Shown: positions 59,790 to 64,000 of the stretch, one piece after another
Layout of the letters: every line of letters begins with the position of its first letter
How positions within the stretch are numbered: the first letter of the stretch is position 1
Assembly: GCA_963514005.1 (NCBI GenBank)
Contig: OY740795.1
Location: forward strand, 58,404,001 to 58,468,000
Reading direction: 5' to 3'
Length of the DNA: 64,000 bases
Origin: Raja brachyura
Taxonomy: Eukaryota
Made by a program: the position numbers and the translations under genes
Notes under the pieces: generated by a model
Told to the model about the DNA's origin: nothing
Database searches by the model: none
The model's input: only the letters and a program-made list of their open reading frames with translations

Positions 59790-61960
59790 AACATTTGGAC
59801 GATCATTCATGATCAAGTTGAACGACCAATAAGCAATAATGCAATAGCAAAGAGATACATTAGTTTGGATGCTGTAAAATTGGTATGGGTGGAACTGCGA
59901 GATAGTCAAGGGCAGGAAAGGCTTGTTGGAGTGGTACACAGACCACCAAACAGCAGGAGGCAGGTTTGGAAGAGCATGAATCAGGAAATTAGGGATGCGT
60001 GCAGCAAAGTTACAGCGGGACTGGGAAAAATTTGGAACTCAACAGAGCAGGACAATGGGGTTATTTTAGATGGGGGGAGAGCATAAAAGAAAGCTTGCGG
60101 GGAATACAGAAACTGACTGTAAAAGTTTATTTAGGTATGTAAAAAGAAAAAGATTAGCGAAGCCATATGTAGGCCCCTTACAGTCAGAGACCATTGAATT
60201 TATAATTGAAAACTAGAAAATCGTAGAACAGTTAAACGAGTACTTTGATTCTGTCTTCACCAAGGAAGACACAAACAATCTCCCATAAATACTATGGGAT
60301 CGGGGATCTAGTGGGAGAGAGGAACTGGAATCCACATTAGTCAGAAAATGGTGTTAGGTAAACTGAAGGTTGGGACTGAAGGCAGATAAATCCACAGGGC
60401 CTGATGGTCTGCATCCCAGAGTCCTCAAGGAAGTGGCACTACAAATCTTGGATGGAATAGTGATAATTTTTCACTGTTCTCTTGAATCTGGGTCCGTTTC
60501 TGTGGACTGGAGAGAAGCCTACGTAACTGCACTTTTTAAGAAAGGAGGGAGAGAGAAAACAGGGAATTATCGACCAGTTGGTAGTGGGGAAGATGCTTGA
60601 GTCGATTATGAAAGATGTAAAGCAGCGGATTTGGAAAGCAGTGATGGGATCGGTCAAAGTCAGCATGGATTTAAGAAGGGGAAATCATGCTTGACTAATC
60701 TTTTGGAATTTTTTGACGATGTAACAAGTCGAATGGATAAAGGAGAGCCAGTGGATGTGGTGTATCAAGACTTGCAGAAAGACTTTGACAATGTCCCACA
60801 CAAGAGATTAGTGTGCAAAATTAGAGCACTTGGTATTGGGGATAGGGTATTCACATGGATAGAGAACTGTTTGGTAGACAGGAAGCAAAGAATAGCAATT
60901 AACGGGTCGTTTTCAGGCAGTGACTCTTGGCATGTCGAGAGGCTCGGTGTTGGGACCCCAGTTGTTTACAATATATATTAACGATTTAGACAAGGGAATT
61001 AAATAAATGAAACATCTCTACGTTTACAGGTGATACATATTTGGGTGGCAGTGTGGGATGCGAGAAAGATGCTATGCGGCTGCAGGGCTCATAGCATCTT
61101 GTATAGGTTGGGTGAGTGGGAAGAAGCACGGCAGATGCAGTATAATGTGGATAAATGTGAAGTTATCCACTTTGGTGGCAAGAACAGGAAGGTAGATTAT
61201 TATCTGAATGGTATCAGGTTAGGAGAAGGGGGGGTGCAACGAGAACTGGCTCTGCTTGTACATCAGTCACAGAAAGTAAGCATGCAGGTACGGCAGACAG
61301 TGAAGAAAGCAAATGGCATGTTGGCCTTCATAGCAAGAGGATTTGAGTTTAGGAGCAAGGAGGTCCTACTGCAGTTGTACAGAGCCCTAGTGAGAATGCA
61401 CCTGGAGTATTGTGTACAATTTTCATCTCCTAATTTGAGGAAGGACATTATTGCTATTGAGGGGTGCACCATAGGTTCAGCCTGTTAATTCCCGGGATGT
61501 TGGATACGTCAATATGATGAAAGAATGAGTCTACTGGGCTTGTATTAGCTGTAATTTAGAAGGATAAGAGGGGATAATGTAGAAACATAAAATTCTTAGA
61601 GGTGTGGACAGGGTAGATGTAAGCATAATGGTCCAGATGTTGGGGGAGTCCAGAGGCAGGGGTCACAGTTTAAGATTAAGGGATAGGCCATTTCAGACTG
61701 AGATGAGGCAAAACCTTTTCACCCGGAGAGATGTGAATCTGTAGAATTCTCTGCCACAGAAAGCAGTGGAGACAGGTTCACTGGATGTTTTCAAGAGTGA
61801 GTTAGATTTAGCTCATAGGGCTAAAGGAATCAATGGAGGTGGGGAAAAAGCTAGAAGGGGCTACTGATTTAGGATGATCAGCAATGATCATATTGAATGC
61901 GGTGTAGGCTACAAGGCCAGAATGGCCTACTCCTGCACCTATTTTCTATATTTCTATGTT
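59790..61960 (+). mobile_element. Degenerate CR1 LINE
   Basis: ORFs 60370, 60631 and 61030; 3' tail. Confidence 0.88.
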
Positions 61961-63181
61961 TCAAACCTGTAATCTGAGATCGAACAGCCCACTCATGCGA
62001 TTTATCTGTTACCTTTTGTCTGCCTATGTTATTGCAAATTCATTTTAATTCGCTGACCTATCGAGCAGGGTCCCCGTGTCTTCTACAAGCTTACTGTAGT
62101 CCATTAAATCGGTGGGGAAAACTAAATTAACTTTATTAACGCCTCATACGTCCCTCTAATTGTTTGTTTTCATGTGGCTCTGCACAGATGGTCTTTATTA
62201 TCATAAGAGTGCGCATGGAATAAATGATAAATTGACTAATAGCATAAGGAAGGAAAGCACATAAGATTCTGCTGAACCAGATTAACCCCCCTCTTTTATA
62301 TTATCTGTGGTGATATTGTGAACGATGGGCAAGAGCTCACCATGTAACTGAAAGGAAACACCTGTGTCGACTGTGCTGCTAAATTAATAAAACGCTTTCG
62401 GTCTGCTGCTCAAACACTGAAAACTCCCGATGATGGTGAATTACAACTAACAAAATAAAAAACTACCTCGCAATCTATATCTAGCAAACTTCCAGTTACC
62501 AATCTTATTGGTCACATGCTGCATCATTTTGATTAAATTGTCAAGGGTATCAATACTGATCATGTATATCCCGGGTACTGTGTTTGATTGGGATTCGTTT
62601 TCACGTCTACAGTGGGCATCAATGTCTCTTAGATTCTGTATGGAATCTGTTTAGAGATTATCCAACACAGAGTTTTAAGGTCGTTTATATAGTGGGTATG
62701 ATTGCTAGTCACACACCACACAGATAGTGATCTGAGTAAAAATGAGTAAAATACCGAATGGATGCTCATTATCTTCCAGCTCAGCGAAGGCCAGAGGTGT
62801 CCACATTGTATCCCTTTGCACACTGAAGCAAAACATATGAAGTGAACACTTCTGCGTGAAGGTCACTGGGTGATATAATGTAGGCGTGTGTGAAAATGTA
62901 AAACATATCTGGGATGATCAGTGGGGTCTGAATTCCATGTTGCTTAGCCAGAGCACACAGACATTTAACAAATCGACCAATGCTGCGATCCATGTGTACC
63001 CCCGCTTATTTTCCTGCACCAGTCATCACTTTCTGACTATTGTGTGCGGTAGAAATACTCCTTTGGCGCATGCACTGCCATGCGCTTATGTTAAACCTAT
63101 CAATCTCTATGATTTAATTGTCAATTAATTGTGTATTTTGCTTTGTTTTAGAAATTTAATGCACTGCAATACACCAAAACT

Positions 63182-63470
63182 GTAAGATTAAATGAGAACT
63201 TACCAGTTTGAAGTTTGATCTTTATTTTATGAGGAGTTGCGATGAGGGACTACGTGAAGAACCCCGTACAGCCGTTGGTGCGGCAATCTTCAAAGCAGTG
63301 GAGTGAAATGACAGGAAACAATTACTGAAGTATAATGGTAAGATAACAAAGACTAGCACTACCAGATGAGATCTATGAGGGTCGGGAGCGGAGGGCACGT
63401 AGTCCCTCATCGCAACGCCTCATAAAATAAAGATCAAACTTCAAACTGGTAAGTTCTCTTTTAATCTTAC
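63182..63470. repeat. 75-bp inverted repeat pair (73/75 identical), probable DIRS-like non-autonomous element terminus
   Basis: 63182-63256 is the reverse complement of 63396-63470; a partial third copy GACTACGTGAAGA lies at ~63496. Confidence 0.7.
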
Positions 63471-63659
63471 TATTTTACTTCGGAGTTACATGAGTGACTA
63501 CGTGAAGACTTCAAAGCACTGTGATTTCATGCCACACCCAAATCTGGCGTTCACACTGCATTGATTGACTCAAAAGTCGTTAACAATCAATAATGCATCA
63601 ATAATAACATTTTTCGGTTTAACCTGCAAACCCACATGTCCCGTTTATATGTTCCGGTC

Positions 63660-64000
63660 CCGATAGTGGCGGCGCTGCCCTAGCAGCTGCGGCTCGCCTG
63701 CAGTCCGTCTGCTTTTGTTTTTGTTTTTTTTGTCCTTGTCCTGTTTGGTCAGTTGATTTGAGTTGTTAGTTTGCGTGGGGGGGGGGGGGGGGGTGGAGAA
63801 ACTTGTTTTTAGTCTCTTCCTTCAGGGGGGATGCAACCTTTTTTTTCTTGTATCCCCCGTCTCCGTCTGCACTGAGGCCTAATGGCGGAGCTGGCGGCCT
63901 CCAACTGCGACCGACCCGAGACTCCGGAGGCAGAGCCAGCCAGGACTTCCCAGCACGAGGCTGGCCGATTTCAGGGCTGTGGCGGCATTCTGGCGGCGGT
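63660..64000 (+). repeat. GC-rich interspersed repeat related to ~31800-32160
   Basis: Similar layout: GC-rich head, T-rich tract, poly-G, GC-rich body. Confidence 0.45.

Overview
Repeat-rich vertebrate genomic DNA, inferred to be from a cartilaginous fish and probably a skate or ray (cluster-type IgM gene, HE1-like SINE, abundant CR1 LINEs). The one host gene is an apparently intact IgM heavy-chain cluster on the minus strand (39991 to 18757): leader, VH, JH, CH1-CH4 with secretory tailpiece, TM1 and TM2. Every exon is open and splices in phase. The variable region is partly pre-assembled in the germline as VD-DJ: VH is fused to D1 and D2 is fused to JH, leaving one 22-spacer/12-spacer RSS pair. 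The VH is atypical (conserved FR2 Trp replaced by Leu, extra Cys). Almost everything else is mobile DNA. This includes a Tx1-type LINE ORF1 next to a (CT)n repeat, a very young Gypsy element with a crippled RT, a split HERO-like LINE, an L1 with a 5' inversion just inside the J-CH1 intron, many CR1, Penelope and Rex/Babar fragments, a 29-bp CR1-derived minisatellite and a DIRS-like inverted repeat. There are two N gaps. Repeat boundaries are approximate and family names come from recognising motifs, not from database searches.
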